A DNA stretch of 64,000 nucleotides. Source: Ruditapes philippinarum (Eukaryota). Shown in pieces: positions 27,201-41,400 of this stretch (its first letter is position 1; each line of letters begins with the position of its first letter). Location: the NCBI RefSeq assembly GCF_026571515.1, contig NW_026854407.1, positions 124,001-188,000 on the forward strand, read 5' to 3'. The notes beneath the pieces are model-generated. The model was not told where the DNA came from. It worked only from the letters and a program-made list of their open reading frames with translations, and searched no databases. The translations under genes and the position numbers were made by a program.

Positions 27201-28597
27201 CTGTATTTTCCTGGGGAAAAAACTGTTATATTGCACTGTATATTTTTAACTGCAAACTAGAATAAATACCATGCTTTTTATCAACTATCTTATCATGTAT
27301 TGCCTTGTTTTGTTCGATTAAATATGGCAAGTTTCCTTTCTGTATTTAAACGCCAGTGCGGATCTATAAGATATCGGATAAATTAAAATATTAATTATAA
27401 TAATAATGATAGTAAGTAAAATAAGTAAAAAAGGAATTTGCCTACAAAATATTATAACTAATTACATTTTAAGAAATTGCCAGCCTTGCTGCACCAAAGG
27501 GATAATCTTGGATTACTTTTTTCACAGTTACCTTATGATGTGTTTGTCTTACAGTTCATTTAATGTAATAGAAGAGGAAAAATAAATTAAAATAAGTTAG
27601 CCCTTCAAAGACCTGCTTTAATAAATTATATATTTTATTTACATTTGTAAGATCTATGTGATACATTTCATTTCAGCATTTGAAGCTAGAAACTTGGTCT
27701 ATGGTCGGATATACATCCAACCAATTTAATAATATTAAACAATTGTTTACCCATTTTATCATATAAATCAGATCATTGTCAAGACAACAAGAGATATCTA
27801 TTATACTGAAATTTTGTTATTTCGATTAAAAGATTTAAAGATGTTTTATTCAGTGAACTAAAAGTAAACTGTGCATTCTGGATAGCACGATATAAAAAGG
27901 GTGTTGGAAAGTGCGAATGAAAATGTTTGACAAATGTGCTATTATAATAAGTAATGTTTTGTAATTTAAATACCACGTTTATTTTGTCACAAAATGTCAG
28001 AGACATTTAGTTTAAACAATATTTTATTTATAAGTATTACATTTACATGATAATTGACAAATAATAAATACTACGGATTGAGTAGGAAGCTAAGCTTTTT
28101 TAGAAACTCTTTCCGTAAGAGACATTTATTACGTACTATTTCACAATACTGTTACACATGTCCTTCACTATTGGACCGTTTGTTTTAGTACACGAAACGT
28201 ATGTATTAAATTTTAAACAATATATTACCATCACACAAACAATTTAGTTAATGTGTTAGCCATAAATTCTCGAAAATGAGGTGAGAAAAGGGAATACACA
28301 AGGAAAATTTGTTTTAATTTTAAATGCGAGACAAGGAGTATCACTTCGAATTAACTTCTTTCAAGAGAGACATTAAATGGCACTACAAAGGCCGTTAAAC
28401 AGCATCCTGACGCCGCAAATAGACTTAAACGTATTTTTACTTGTATTTGTAAAATACGTAATATGAAATAACAATATTATCCTCAAAAAAATAAGTTAAA
28501 GAGTTAAGAGGGATTCGTTTTGACAAACAAGTTTATTTTACGATAACTGCCGTTTGTCATGCAATGTTTAATTTGTGTTTTGGTAAAGTAAGGACGT

Positions 28598-28871
28598 TTG
28601 TTTGTTTGTTTTGGGTTTTACGTCACATCGACACAGTAAAGGTCATATCGCGACGTTCCAGCTTTACTTTTGGAGGAAGACCTCAAGTGCCCTTCCTTGC
28701 ATTATTTCAGGCACGAACAGCACCTTAGTAGAAACACTGACGTTCCGTAAGCTAGCTGGATAGCTGCCTCACATGAAAGAATCCAAAGTCCCTGTCGGGA
28801 TTCGGACCCACAGCGGTCAGGGACAAGTGGTTTGAAGTCAACGACCTTTACCACTCGGCCACGGACGCCCC
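28598..28871 (-). mobile_element. Full-length tRNA-derived SINE with 12-bp TSD
   Basis: Minus strand begins ggggcgtccgtggccgagtggtaaagg (A box)...gggtccgaatccc (B box) and ends in an (AAAC)n tail. TSD aagtaaggacgt at 28586-28597 and 28872-28883. Absent from the paralog near 25790. Confidence 0.92.
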
Positions 28872-30109
28872 AAGTAAGGACGTGTTCCGATTTCAGTTTT
28901 AAATTACCTGAATCAGGTTAAGTTGACTTTGAAAAGATAAAAGCTTACAGTTTTTACTACGTGACTTAATATGAATCCAGCACTTGAAACAAATATATAT
29001 TTGCTATTGTTAGCTTCATGTGAATAGTTCAATGTGTTTGTATAACGTGTTAGTATCTAAACTAAAAATATACATCAGAATGTTTTCCGCCAATCGCTCT
29101 TTCCAGGTAATTCGCTGAACTCCTTGAACTTTTAAATTATCGAATACACTGTTCTCTTTCAAACGACATGTCTTAGGCGGTATGAGAAAATTATTTATTT
29201 GGAATTGTTGTTATGAATATGGATTTCAAAGTAATTATATAAATATTTGTTATGTAAACAAATAAATAGTTTTTCCAATTATTGTATTTTTTGTGTAATA
29301 TCAATATATTTTAAGAAAAAAAACCAGTTAAGCTCTCAAACAGGTGTGTCCCTAATGACCTCGTCGAGAAAAACTACCCTATGTAACATACATACTACAA
29401 AAGAATGTATGCACTTGGCTATTTTGAAATTCTGTATACATAAAAAGGCAAAACAGTAGCGAATTTTGTAACAATATTTGCAGACATGTATTGACCATAC
29501 ACAGGTAAAGTTTGTATTGAACTTTAGTAATGATCAAAAGTTTGGTTATGTGTAATTACCGGAAGGGTGGAAAGTAAAAGTTGCACAATTGATATTTATT
29601 TTTCTTGTAACGTGACCATAAAACGTATCAGTACTTTTTTAGGCTTTCTCATCGAACGTTTTTGAAACTGCATTGGCCGAGGTAACGCCATGTAGATTTT
29701 CTTTTGAATGATGGTTCATAAAAAATTAGTATCCAAAGGCAAAAACACATGTGCAAATGGCGGAATTTTGCGACTTTTATTTTTCATCCATCGGCTGTTT
29801 ACTAGTTACCAAAGTTCTGAAAATAATCAAATTTAGCTAAATATAAACCATCTTGTAGTAAATATATACAGCAAATTTTGATACAACATATGCTAATTGT
29901 TTATAAAAAATAAGTATACACAATTTTTTAACCAATTGCACATTTTCCTTTGAAAGTCAGTATATGTTGCTTTCTAAAGTTGCGTTACTGTTAAAAATAA
30001 AATGCGCAAGAAATATATTATTTTAATTACAGAGATCACTAAGAAAATATTAACGAAATACCAAATTATTGTAAATTTTCAAACATCAATAAAAAGTAAA
30101 AAAATACAA

Positions 30110-30410
30110 TAACTTGCTCTATTATAAACTCGTCTCGCTTTTGCGACTCCGTAAAAAACGGTACTGCAAGATCGTGCATATATTTTGACGAGACGTCATT
30201 TGCGTTATACAAACTTAGCGTATGCTAGAGTTAAATTATAAACGCTTAAATGAAAAAGCGATAATATGTACCGATTACAGTTCTTAATTTGTATATGTGA
30301 TAAATAGAATATTATATTCTTGTAGATTTATTACTTAATGCATTGAACTCGTTGGATTAAATACATGTAATAGTATGCTCGCCAGGGTCGCATAATGAAA
30401 TGCAATATAA
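30110..30410. mobile_element. Possible degenerate non-autonomous DNA element (Crypton-like)
   Basis: Nested short inverted repeats (tcgtctcg/cgagacg) and aactcgtt...atgctcgccagggtcgcat, resembling mollusc Crypton-type non-autonomous elements. Family call is from resemblance only. Confidence 0.3.
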
Positions 30411-31266
30411 TTTTGTTAGATACCAAATGTGATGCACAGTTTTCTAAAGTTTTTTTTAATAATTCAGAGTCATCAATTTTGCATCTTTAATATTCTAAGA
30501 TTCGTCATGCTTAATTCAGGCAACTGTATTGTTTTCAATATGCGCTTTTGTAAAATCTTATTTCTTCCGGGATTTTTTTCTTGATAACATTTTTCTCTAT
30601 AAAGCTTTTCAATTTAACCAAACTGTCTTCTGGAGGAAATGTATTTGATTAAATTTGATTAACGATTTAATGAAAGATCAATTAGCCATAAAATTCGCCA
30701 AGAAAGCGTTTTATGAATCTGAGTTGCTGTCGTTCAAAATAAAAAACAACAACATTGCATTGAAAGCGAAACTGGATTAAAAGAAAATCATAAGAAAGAA
30801 TAGGAAAGTTATAAGGTAGTTGTTGAATACATGTACCAATAACTCATTTTTCAAATTATCAATAACTACATTAAAGTGTAAAGAAATTGTATACTAATCA
30901 TTTGTTTAAACACAATTCTGACATATAGACTAATGCATGTTATTACTCCCATAAACTTAGATATTTCTATGAATCGAACTGTGCTTGACATTATGCAAAC
31001 TTTAATGACTAACCTTACTAACCGTACCATCATTATATCTTGTTTGTTGATGATTTAATATCGTTTATGTCGGTGATAAGTGGTTAAAATACTTCACACT
31101 TTTAATTATCTCTCAATAACAAGCAAACTGAGAACTGCTAACTCTCCATATTTTATGTATCGTCCTTCATATAACTGTTTCTTATGCTTTTAGTTTTGAA
31201 ATAAGAAACAGTCGTCCTGGATCTTGAAATACGTTGCATGTTTGCTTCCTAACCAGAGCCAGTAAG

Positions 31267-31277
31267 AATAATAATAA

Positions 31278-31308
<31 letters not shown>

Positions 31309-31314
31309 AATAAT
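31267..31314 (+). repeat. (AAT)n microsatellite
   Basis: aataataataataataataaaaataataataataataataataataat. Confidence 0.9.
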
Positions 31315-31587
31315 ACAAAAAACAATTAAAACTTTAAAAAATGTATATAGATAGATAAATATTTCAGTTTATGTACATTTTAATTCTGTTTTGTAATAGT
31401 GACCCTGTCTTTTCGAATAGTCTTATAATTTGTATAACGTTTATAAAAATCGTTTGATTTCAATGTATATGTGATGCTGAATATGATGAAATTGCAATGC
31501 AATCTAAATACAACAATTGCAATTTAATGACACGATATAAACTATTCAAATATGTCAACAAGATGTCAAATAAATCAGACGTATATG

Positions 31588-32640
31588 TACGGAAGCGTCC
31601 TGGTGCCAATTTAACATGTTCTATTAAAAAAAAGATAACTCCTACGTAGGACTTTGTAACTCCTACGTAGGACTTTATAACTCCTACGTAGGAGAAAAAA
31701 AGCCTAATTAGGAGTTTATAACTCCTACGTAGGACTTTGTAAGTCCTACTTAGGACTTTATAACTCCTACGTAGGAGATATAAAAACCTAATTAGGAGTT
31801 TTGAAGTCCTACGTAGGATATACAAACTCCTACGGTGGACTTTATATCTCCTACGCAGGAGTTAAAAAAGCCTTATTAGGAAGTTATAACTGCTACGTAG
31901 AACTTTATAACTCCTACGTAGGAGATATAAAAACCTAATAAGGAGTTTTGAAGTCCTACGTAGGACTTACAAACTCCTACGGTGGACTTTATATCTCCTA
32001 CGCAGGAGTTAAAAAAGCCTAATTAGGAGTTTATAACTCCTATAAGGACTTTATAACTCCTATGTAGGACTTTATAACTCCTACGTAGGATTTTTTAACT
32101 CCTACGTAGGACTTTGTAAGTCCTACGCAGGTGATAAAAAAGCCTTATTAGGAGTTTATAACTCCTACGTAGAGGAACACATATAAAGCCTACGTAGGAC
32201 TTTTAAACTCCTACGTAGGACTTTAAAACTCCTTATTAGGTTTTTTTTTATCTCCCTACGTAGGAGCTATAAAGTCCTACGTAGGACTTAAAAAGTCCTA
32301 CGTAGGAGTTATAAACTCCTACGTAGGACTTATAAAGTCCTACGTAGGAGTTATAAACTCCTAATTAGGCTTTTTTAACTCCTACATAGGAGATATAAAG
32401 TCCTACGTAGGTGTTTGTACGTCCTACGTAGGACTTTATAACTCCTAATTAGGTTTTTATATCCCCTACATAGGATTATAAGCCCTAGTGGACTTTACCC
32501 CTACGGGCTTTAAAACCCTACGTAGGGTTTTTTAAAACCCCTAGTAGGGGAAAAAAACCTATAAGGGTTTTTAAACCCTCGTAGGTGATAAAGGAGTTAA
32601 AAATTTAAATAAGGGGGTTTTAAAGTCTACTAGGAGTTAA
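31588..32640. repeat. Foldback element / minisatellite of a 21-bp unit with a TCCTACGTAGGA palindrome
   Basis: Unit aactcctacgtaggactttat repeated from 31635; polarity largely switches to aaagtcctacgtaggagttat after ~32180; a ~148-bp higher-order repeat occurs twice on the left and inverted on the right; right end garbled. Confidence 0.9.
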
Positions 32641-33924
32641 AAACTTAAACTTCTTTGCATAGAGTTTTTTTTTATTCCAAAAATCTTTAATAGTTTTAGA
32701 AAAATTGTTTTAAAAATTCAAAAAAGTACATTTTTAAAGGAAAAGCCTGAAATCTCAATCCCAGGTGATGTTTCCCAATAAATAAAAAATTTTACAGTTA
32801 AACGAAAAAAGATGTATCAAATGCTATCTAAGCTTATCTATTTAGGATAAATGTAGACGTATCTGTATTATAAGCCCAATCTTTTAAGAGCTAATTCAAT
32901 TATTACTTAGTAATTCACATTTCGTAATTTAAAGAGAACAATAATAAAACGATCTTGCTTCCAGCAAATGAAGCTGATATACACATAAAAATCTAGCTTT
33001 GATGTCTCATAACACATATATCATTTGTAAGCCTTACTAAGATAACAAAGAAAGCATCAACAAATTTTAGATCGTTTTGTTTATTTTCTCTCTCTGATAT
33101 CGTGATGTGATTATGTTCTTCTTTTTTATGAACCATGCAGTTTCTTCGGTATGTTTAATAGTACTAGGTTCAGAATAACAAATAAAAACAAGTCGTTACA
33201 AATTAAAATACTATTTCAATTTTTGTTGAGAAGTATAAATAGTTAAAAAGGGAGCCAACTGCAAATTCTTAAAAAAAAATCCTTTAATATACCAAAGTTT
33301 ATGCCGAACAGCCTTCTTCAGGGTACATAAATTATCACATAGGCCACGACACATGAGTGTTGTAAACCAATTAATAAAAATGACATTACACTAGTGAAAT
33401 AATACTTTGACGTGACATAACAAGATTTGATAAAGTAACATTAAATAAGTATGTAAAAACATTACTTGTTACTTGTCCAAACTATTTAAAAACAATTGAT
33501 AAAGCGACGTCTATTGCATTTTGATACCCTACCTCTTACCAGTTTTAAGAACCTCGTACAGTTTAGTGAACAAAAATATCTTGTATACTCTTAGGTCTTT
33601 TATATGCAATCATAGGTTTATTGACATGTATATGTCTAACACTCGCATGCTCGGAATAAGTGTTGTTTTACTATTTTATCAAAATAAGACAATGGTTGAT
33701 TGTCAGTGTATTTAAAAGGAATGACTTTATTCATATGTTTTACAAGTTAAAAGAGCATTTTGCATGATTAAAGAAGACACCTTTCTAAATGCATCGTTTA
33801 AAGTATTTGCAGGATAATTTTACGGGTTTCAAAATATTCTTAAGAGGGTTGAAATATTTCAAGCTATTTTTTATTGTGAAAATAAAAGGGGATTAGATTA
33901 ATAAAATTAAAATGGTAACACTCT

Positions 33925-34050
33925 CAGTTTGCTGTAGCTTGTCCATGAACGGAAATGGTTAAATCACACCCAGTAGCACAATTTAGACAAGTATAATTAT
34001 GACGCGAAAATGGTGTAATTAAGAATTTTGCAGCATCCGCAGATTTGCCT
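33925..34050 (+). repeat. Multi-hairpin element copy 8 (highly degenerate)
   Basis: gtccatgaacgg...cacacccagtagcac...aattttgcagcatccgcagatt in the expected order. Confidence 0.45.
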
Positions 34051-35304
34051 TTTGGAATGTGATTAGCCACATTACTGACAAAAATATCGCAATGTAATTA
34101 ATACATAAACGACGAAACAGATGATGAAGATGAACATCGAAATGCAAATAATTTTATCCCTGATGTCAATCATGATAGCCAATTCAAAGAGTCATAAAAT
34201 ATATTCGAAAAAAAAACAACGTTTTTTTCTTACCCAAAAGAAAAAATAAAATAATGTAGGTAAATCAAACAAAAAACTAAGTGCCTTTTTGATCCTAAAC
34301 GGGAATTATTTATAAATGTTTACATTAAGTGTGGCTTAACTATAAGTTTCCAATTAATGTTTACCAGCACAAAAACAAGTGTAAAGTAACACAACCATAT
34401 AACATTTAGATAATAAGCAATTGTAATTTTCCTGAAGCTAAATTTATACCACATAATGCATGGTATGGACCACCTATTAATATATTGAATACATCGTAAA
34501 CAAATATCTTCCATAGAATGTAGGGTGTATACCCTTTGTTTTCATATGCATAATCGTAGATAATTTAGAGTGAATGATATTTGAAATTTTAATTTGAATT
34601 TCAATTGAATGTTTTAAGCAGGATGCTTCCATTATTACACTCTAACAAAAACCAACTAAAGTAATCAAATAAAGTATATAAAGCAAGTATAAGAGATATA
34701 TGGCACAAAACTAAAGGAGATAAAATACAGACAAGCTATTGATAGACTGTGTAAAGCTTCAGATAAATCATGTCTAAGGCTATATATTTTATATATCTTA
34801 AACAGATATATTAATTTTTCTGAAGTTTGATTTATAGAATATCAGCTCGCACATTTAATGCAAACATCGAAACATTGATTGAGGCTTATGTAATTCTTAT
34901 GTAATTTTGTTGTGATTAATGCTTCCTAGGGATCATTCTGTATCCAAAGTTTTATAATACACACTGCTAAGTATCTTTTCATCTATGTTTGCTTCAGGTA
35001 AAGTTCTTTTCTAAGCAAACTTTATGACCCCTGGAAGCTGGATTCTCAGAAATTGGCAAGATTTCCTTACATATTCAGTTTGTATAAAAATCACGGGTTG
35101 TTCTGAATGTTTTAACAACTGGGCATAAAAATATGGCATGAATGAAATTAGAAATATATCATCAGAACTGCTGCATGATTTTACTAAGAATTAATGTTTT
35201 TTGTTGTTTTTTTTCCATTGTGGTATACAACTTACAATCTAGAAGTTAACATAAGCTCGCTGTTAGAATATTGTCTAAGAATACTCCTTTGAACATCACA
35301 TATT

Positions 35305-35390
35305 AACTTCCTAATGTACAGACTTAATCGAACCATATCTGCAATTTTAATGTGAATTTGTTGTGATTAATGCTTCCGAAGGATCACCCT
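35305..35390 (-). repeat. Multi-hairpin element copy 9 (diverged variant; paralog at 58058-58125)
   Basis: atgtacagacttaatcgaaccatatctgcaattttaatgtgaatttgttgtg is an inverted homolog of 26612-26700. Confidence 0.55.
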
Positions 35391-35669
35391 TTCTCCAGAA
35401 ATTTCACTGACATTTGAAATTTAACGTCAAACGAAATAGGGAAAAGAGATTAACAGGGAAAAGAGATTAACAAAGACATAAATGAAATAACGATTCTTTT
35501 TATCTTTTTATAAGAACTTTTCGTTTACATTTGAAATTACAGCATTTTTTTTTCTTATTCCATGATATTGATTTAGGATTTTCAATAAATGAAAATGCTT
35601 GCTGGGATAAACACTCAGTCTAGCTTAGTAATAAAATGTTTCTTTGATGATATGTAATAGTTATAGTAT

Positions 35670-35825
35670 ATGAAACGGGTTAGTTACAAAGATAACAAAG
35701 GCTGGGGCGACATCGAGGGATCATTTCTGCTGAATAATGTCGAGGCCGTTATGCCGAAAAGATTTTAATGCAGAAACACCTTAAGATGTCACCGAGCCAG
35801 TAACTAACGAGTTTTTAATATTATA
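35670..35825. mobile_element. Nested imperfect palindrome (~150 bp), possible Crypton-like non-autonomous element
   Basis: gttagttac/gtaactaac, ggctggggcgacatc/gatgtcaccgagcc and tttctgc/gcagaaa arms around a central ggc-cgttat-gcc. Confidence 0.5.
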
Positions 35826-36166
35826 ATTGTTGTATCGCAATTTCATTTTTTTGTAGCAGAAATAAGCAAAAAGTACTATGTTCTGTGTTTTCCACTCTTG
35901 TGCCCTTTCCTTTTCTTTTAAATTTACACCCTAGAACAAATTACCAAATACCAGCTAAGAAATCTACGTTTTTTTGCGACTTGGAATGTGTGATACCCCC
36001 CATTCCAACAGATGTAAAAAAAACTACACTGATACATACAAGGAGCAAAAAATTCTCAACTGTTATATATTAGTTGAATTTTTCCATTATGAATTAATGA
36101 ACTGTTATAAATCAATACAGTTTTCAAATCGTCATTAAACACGTTTACTGGATATAATGGTTTTGG

Positions 36167-36483
36167 CCCATTGTTTTCTCGTTTATGGCACACGCATTCT
36201 TTTACTTGGGAACCATGCGCCGCTTTCCATGGAATGTCACTACTGTGTCACATTGAAAGTTCCATGATATCTGTCGTATGAAAACATCTGCGAATGTTTC
36301 TAAATTCAAAATTTAACCATTGTCGTGTTTAAATGATGAATTCTGCTTAAGCAGGTGCTACGGGGCGTGGACGGTAACTTACACTTTCCAGTACCGTCCA
36401 TGAACAGGCTCAATGAAACCAAGCCTGCAACATTTTCAATTTTGCCATGTTTGACTTTCTATGGGAATTCTGTTTTTCTCTAT
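36167..36483 (-). repeat. Multi-hairpin element copy 10 (near full length)
   Basis: All four hairpins; colinear with 61668-61982. Confidence 0.92.
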
Positions 36484-38454
36484 ATTATTTGTTAGAACAA
36501 TGTAAAAGTTCGAAACCATGCTTTTAGAATATTAAGCATATATGAATCTTGCCTTATGTGAAAAAATATGAAAGAAAAAAGAACTGAATACACACTAGTT
36601 GTATTGTTACACAAAATTGTGCCCCGCCAATAACAAAACAAGCTTATGTACGCAGTATGTATAGTACAATTGATTCAGGATAACGGATATTAGTGTGCAT
36701 GTAAAGGAGCCAGCATATTGGTATTTCCTCAACACATTGACCTCATAGTAAAAACATCTCTCGAATGACAAAATATACTAAGTCTTGTTGATTTTATTAT
36801 TTATAATCATCATTTAATTATCATGAACACTTGTGTTATCTTTATTAGATATAAACCTTCTTTATTGGGTATATGTTTTTTTGTAAATATCCGTTTCCCT
36901 CTCTATGAAAATTGTGAAGTACATGTAGTTAACAAATCTAAAATCAAGTATTAGTTTTTAAAGGTTATTGTTATCCAAACAAATATTGCCTTGGGTATGT
37001 AATATAATTACTAATACGTATTAGATATTTACGAATTCTTAAATATTCAATTCAAGAAATATAACATAAAATGTTTATGGCAGGATAACGCATAATGCAT
37101 TTGTGTGCATTATATAGCACACATTTTAAAGAACGTATTTAGAAATTAAGAAAAAATAGACATACAAAATATACGCATAAAGGTGAAGCATGTTGATGTT
37201 TTGATCAATGCCAGAGACAGAATCCATCTGTTAATGTGATGTACTGGTTAAACAATCCAAAAAACATTATTTATTTTGTAGCATGTTTATGCGAATAGCG
37301 TACATAAATTTCCCCCTAATGGAAACCTCTAGTTTCTACCCGAATTTCAAAATCAAACAACATTTCAAATGAGATATTAATAGCCATATTTTGCTTGATT
37401 TTTATCTGTATTTTTTCAGAAATGTTTGTGAAATGCTGTAGTATTATTGAACCTGTTGTTAATATTTACAAAACAACATAAACTTTCCTATCATTAAACC
37501 AACCATTATCCCTAAATGTTCAAACATTACTTTTGAAGGGTAAATCAAAATCTCTCTTTGCCGTTAATATGACTGTATCATGTTCAATGTTTCTCTAAAC
37601 TCAACTTTAATTGGCACACGAAAGCACTGTAACGTGAAATAGCCAAACATATTGCAGGTCAAATTATAACTTCAATGTTAGATGAACCATTATTTCATTT
37701 ATACTCGAATATGGTTAAGGATCATGGCATATAAACAACTCCGCTTACGGAAACTAATAGGTTACCTTCGAGGAAAATATACTGGGTAGTACAGCCAGGC
37801 CATATGTCCTTCTGTCTGTTCGCAGACAATTGGTATCTGCGGGTTGAAAATGAGTGTCGATTTTATTTTGTTTTACTTAATAACACACGGGTTCAGTTCG
37901 CCGTTCTCTTTATTTAACTCATAATTGATAAAGTCATACCCTTTTATATGCACATTTGCACCTGTTTTCACGGGACACATTTTAAACGAGATTAAATATC
38001 CGTTTTTATGTTTGGTATATTTTAACGTTTATTATTTGACATGTTTATGTCAATTTTCTATGATATTATTTCTTGCCGTAGCAGTATGGCTTTGGACAAC
38101 TATACGAAACTGTGAGGGTAATGTTCACACAAAAAAGTATGTTGTCATGTCATTGTAAAGCAAAATTAAAATTCATATAAGTTAACTTAGATATAGTCGT
38201 TTTTGAAAAATAGTTTTTTATTCAAATTAAAATGATATCAAGTAAATTCAATATGTTTTACTAGTATTACTTAATATGTATTCTTTTGTGACTTACAATT
38301 TTGCTATCATATCTTTTCTTTCAAATCAAAGGAAACATATATGTTTAGTTCCTTTGCAACATGACATATTTACGTCCATGATACTCAGCGTACATTGCCC
38401 CGCCACGGGAAAGGTCTTAATATCCATGGCTTGATGATGTTTGTACTTCTTTTT

Positions 38455-41400
38455 ATAACTCGTGATGTTTTAGTGATTTTCAATCTTAATTGTTTATAAT
38501 TGTGCAAAACATATTTACCAAATGAAGGAAAATTATAAAACAACACTCTTTTTCTTGGGGTTCCTTTCAATTTTATAATGACATTTGGAATGATGTTATT
38601 TGTTTAAATCATTATTAATTGATTAACTTTTAAATGTATCTAAGCATCACAACTGAATGACTGGCCTGACCATAGGCAAAACTTCACGACTATTATCCTT
38701 TTTGCTGCTTAAATGATTTTGTAATCGTGATAATTGCTTTTTCTAGAAAAATTATTCAGTGTTATATATGCTTTGCAACTTAAGATCAAAGCACCGAAAC
38801 AAGAACAAACAAAAAGTGTATTAATTTAAACTTAATTGCAATTCTTATGTTTAAAATAATAATCTTTATTTTTTAATTCTTTCGATCGATATAACTTCCG
38901 TATTAAATGTCAAAGTAAATATTGATGCTAAGGCGATACGATGTGTAGCATGTTAATGTAAAGACAAACGTGTTTATATAAAATAATAAATTCTGACATA
39001 AAACATGTCTTAATTTAAACTGTGTTGATTACTTACATATAACATAACAGTATGAAGCATGTGACAATTGAACTGTTATTCATCAGAAACAAGCCCTTTG
39101 ATTATTATCTAAATAATTGTTTCTATATCATTTTGTTATAATTGTCAACATCGCCCGCTCGATCCTTTATTTTTGTCAGTTTGATTTAAACAAAAACCTA
39201 CTGACTTAAGCACTTTTATTTTGACAAGTTCAATATATAAATATAAGATCGTTTTAAAGATCATTTATGTTCTATCTTGAAAATAGTAGATACTTTTATA
39301 TGAAATATTGTATTTCCATATGCATACGATATATCTTGTTATAATGTTCAGCCGGTTGATGCCTGTTTGATGGTTGTTTTATTTTGTGATCTTTTGTTGT
39401 TTTTATTTATAATTATATAATTATATGTAAGAACCTAATCTTTTAATAGGTTGAGGGAATAACATTTCTTAACTAAAAAATAACCGTTAAATGGAATTAA
39501 AACTGCAATGATACATTAAAAGTTCGAAACCACAACTTGGTATTTACTATAAAGTAATGAACTGTCAATTTAAAGACATAAGAAACTGGGTAAATTTGTC
39601 TGTTAAGTGAAGTTTTTAGATGCAAAGGTATTCTTACCTTGAACGATATGAGAAAATGTTGTTTATTTACATTCCTTAGTGCATGATAAAATCGGCGTTA
39701 AAAGGTTCAACAAATCTTAAGAGTATGTGTGATTTATACAAGTACTTTTATTTAAAAACGATTACAAATACATTCATGTCAATGTTTAAAGAAATATCAT
39801 GTTTTTATTTGACGTTATTTGTGTACCATCAGGTTTCGGTCGGAGTCAATTACTTGTGTGTGCAAATTGTCAGACTATTCCCTCATCCCGTTTTACCAGA
39901 TTCTTCATTTTTATTGTGCAAAAAAGGCCTAAAAATGAAAAGCGTTGCAACTCAAATTAGCCTAATAATCATACAAAATCTATTTTCAATCTAATTTTGA
40001 GCATATTTTGTTCAGTTTCTCTGCAAATTGTCCATTTCAAGTGCTTCTTTTTATCTATTTAAATGTTAGATGCTTTGTTTTCAGCCTTTCTGACCTCAGT
40101 TGGGCTAAGCTGAGTTAGCTTACATGATTCAACTCACAGTATGAAAAGTAAGATTTTACATTAAAAAACAACAACATTATTTGATACATATAGATTAATT
40201 TCAAAAATTATGAAGGAAATAATGAATCGAACTTTCAGAAATCATATTATATTGTAATATAAATCGTAAAAAAAACGTCTTTCCTTACTTTCTCACAGGC
40301 ATTATTTTTATTTTATGATGTGCATTTGATCAAAAAGAATTATAATGTAATGGAAGATGAGAATCAGAATTTAAAAGTTAAACTAATCAAAGACATGCTA
40401 TATGGGATCGTGTAACTGATTTACATTTGAAAGATTTATGTGTTACAATACAGACATTTCATTTCCGCATTTGAAGCCAGAACTCGGTCTATGATTGGAC
40501 ATACATCAAACGAATAAAATAATTTATAATTGTGAACCTCTTTTATCACATAAATCTGATTATTTTCAAGGCAACAAGAGGTATTTATGTGAATATGTGG
40601 CAAGTGTTTTTGTTTGTACTGACATTCACGTTTATCTGTGACTCTGTATAATTTGACAGGTTTAATTAATGTGTATACCTAAATGTTAACCTGATCGTTC
40701 CAGAATTTTTATTGCGAAACATAGTGAAAATCGTGATATTTTACAATATTTACTTAATGATGCTTTCAAGTCATAAACGCTTGGAATATTTCACATCAAA
40801 TATTTACTACTTTGTTGCGCATATAGAAATTTTACACTATTCTAAAGTTAACTTTTTAAAGACTACCTAGACTTGTTTTTGAAATGAAAAATTGAAAATT
40901 AAAGTAATATCCATGCAACAGTAGAGCCACGGAATTAAAAATACAACAAAAAAAACTAGTAAACACATTTGAACTAAGTGAATGAATGACATCTGTACCA
41001 ATTTTGTTCGAATTAGGGTCCCCTTGGTTAAAATTTACCTCGCCAATGAGGGACTTAAAAAATCCCATTTTTCATATTTTCAGTCTCATAGTGTTAACCT
41101 CTAGTGAACACCAGGGTCAAATTGGCCCAATCTTTTGGGATCAATAGGTCAGATATTTAGGATACAAATCTCATATTCTGGCGGATGATAATTTGTCCAG
41201 CGTTACTAATAAGACATGTCGATCTCAAAGGTCAAGTTTTCAAACCATCATAACTTATCATGTTTAGTCATGGCCATCATATGAAAATGGAACTGATATT
41301 TACTTTCAAATGACATGGATAATACAAACCTAAAGGATGCAAAAGACTTATATATGATGTTTTGTTTGACATGCTGAAATATTTACCTTAGGCTCCGCTT

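Noticed and set aside
28780-28871. tRNA gene
   Set aside because: It is the tRNA-derived head of a SINE that has a body, tail and TSD.
31460-31825. 121-aa ORF / CRISPR-like periodicity
   Set aside because: Product of the 21-bp tandem repeat; no unique spacers and no cas genes.
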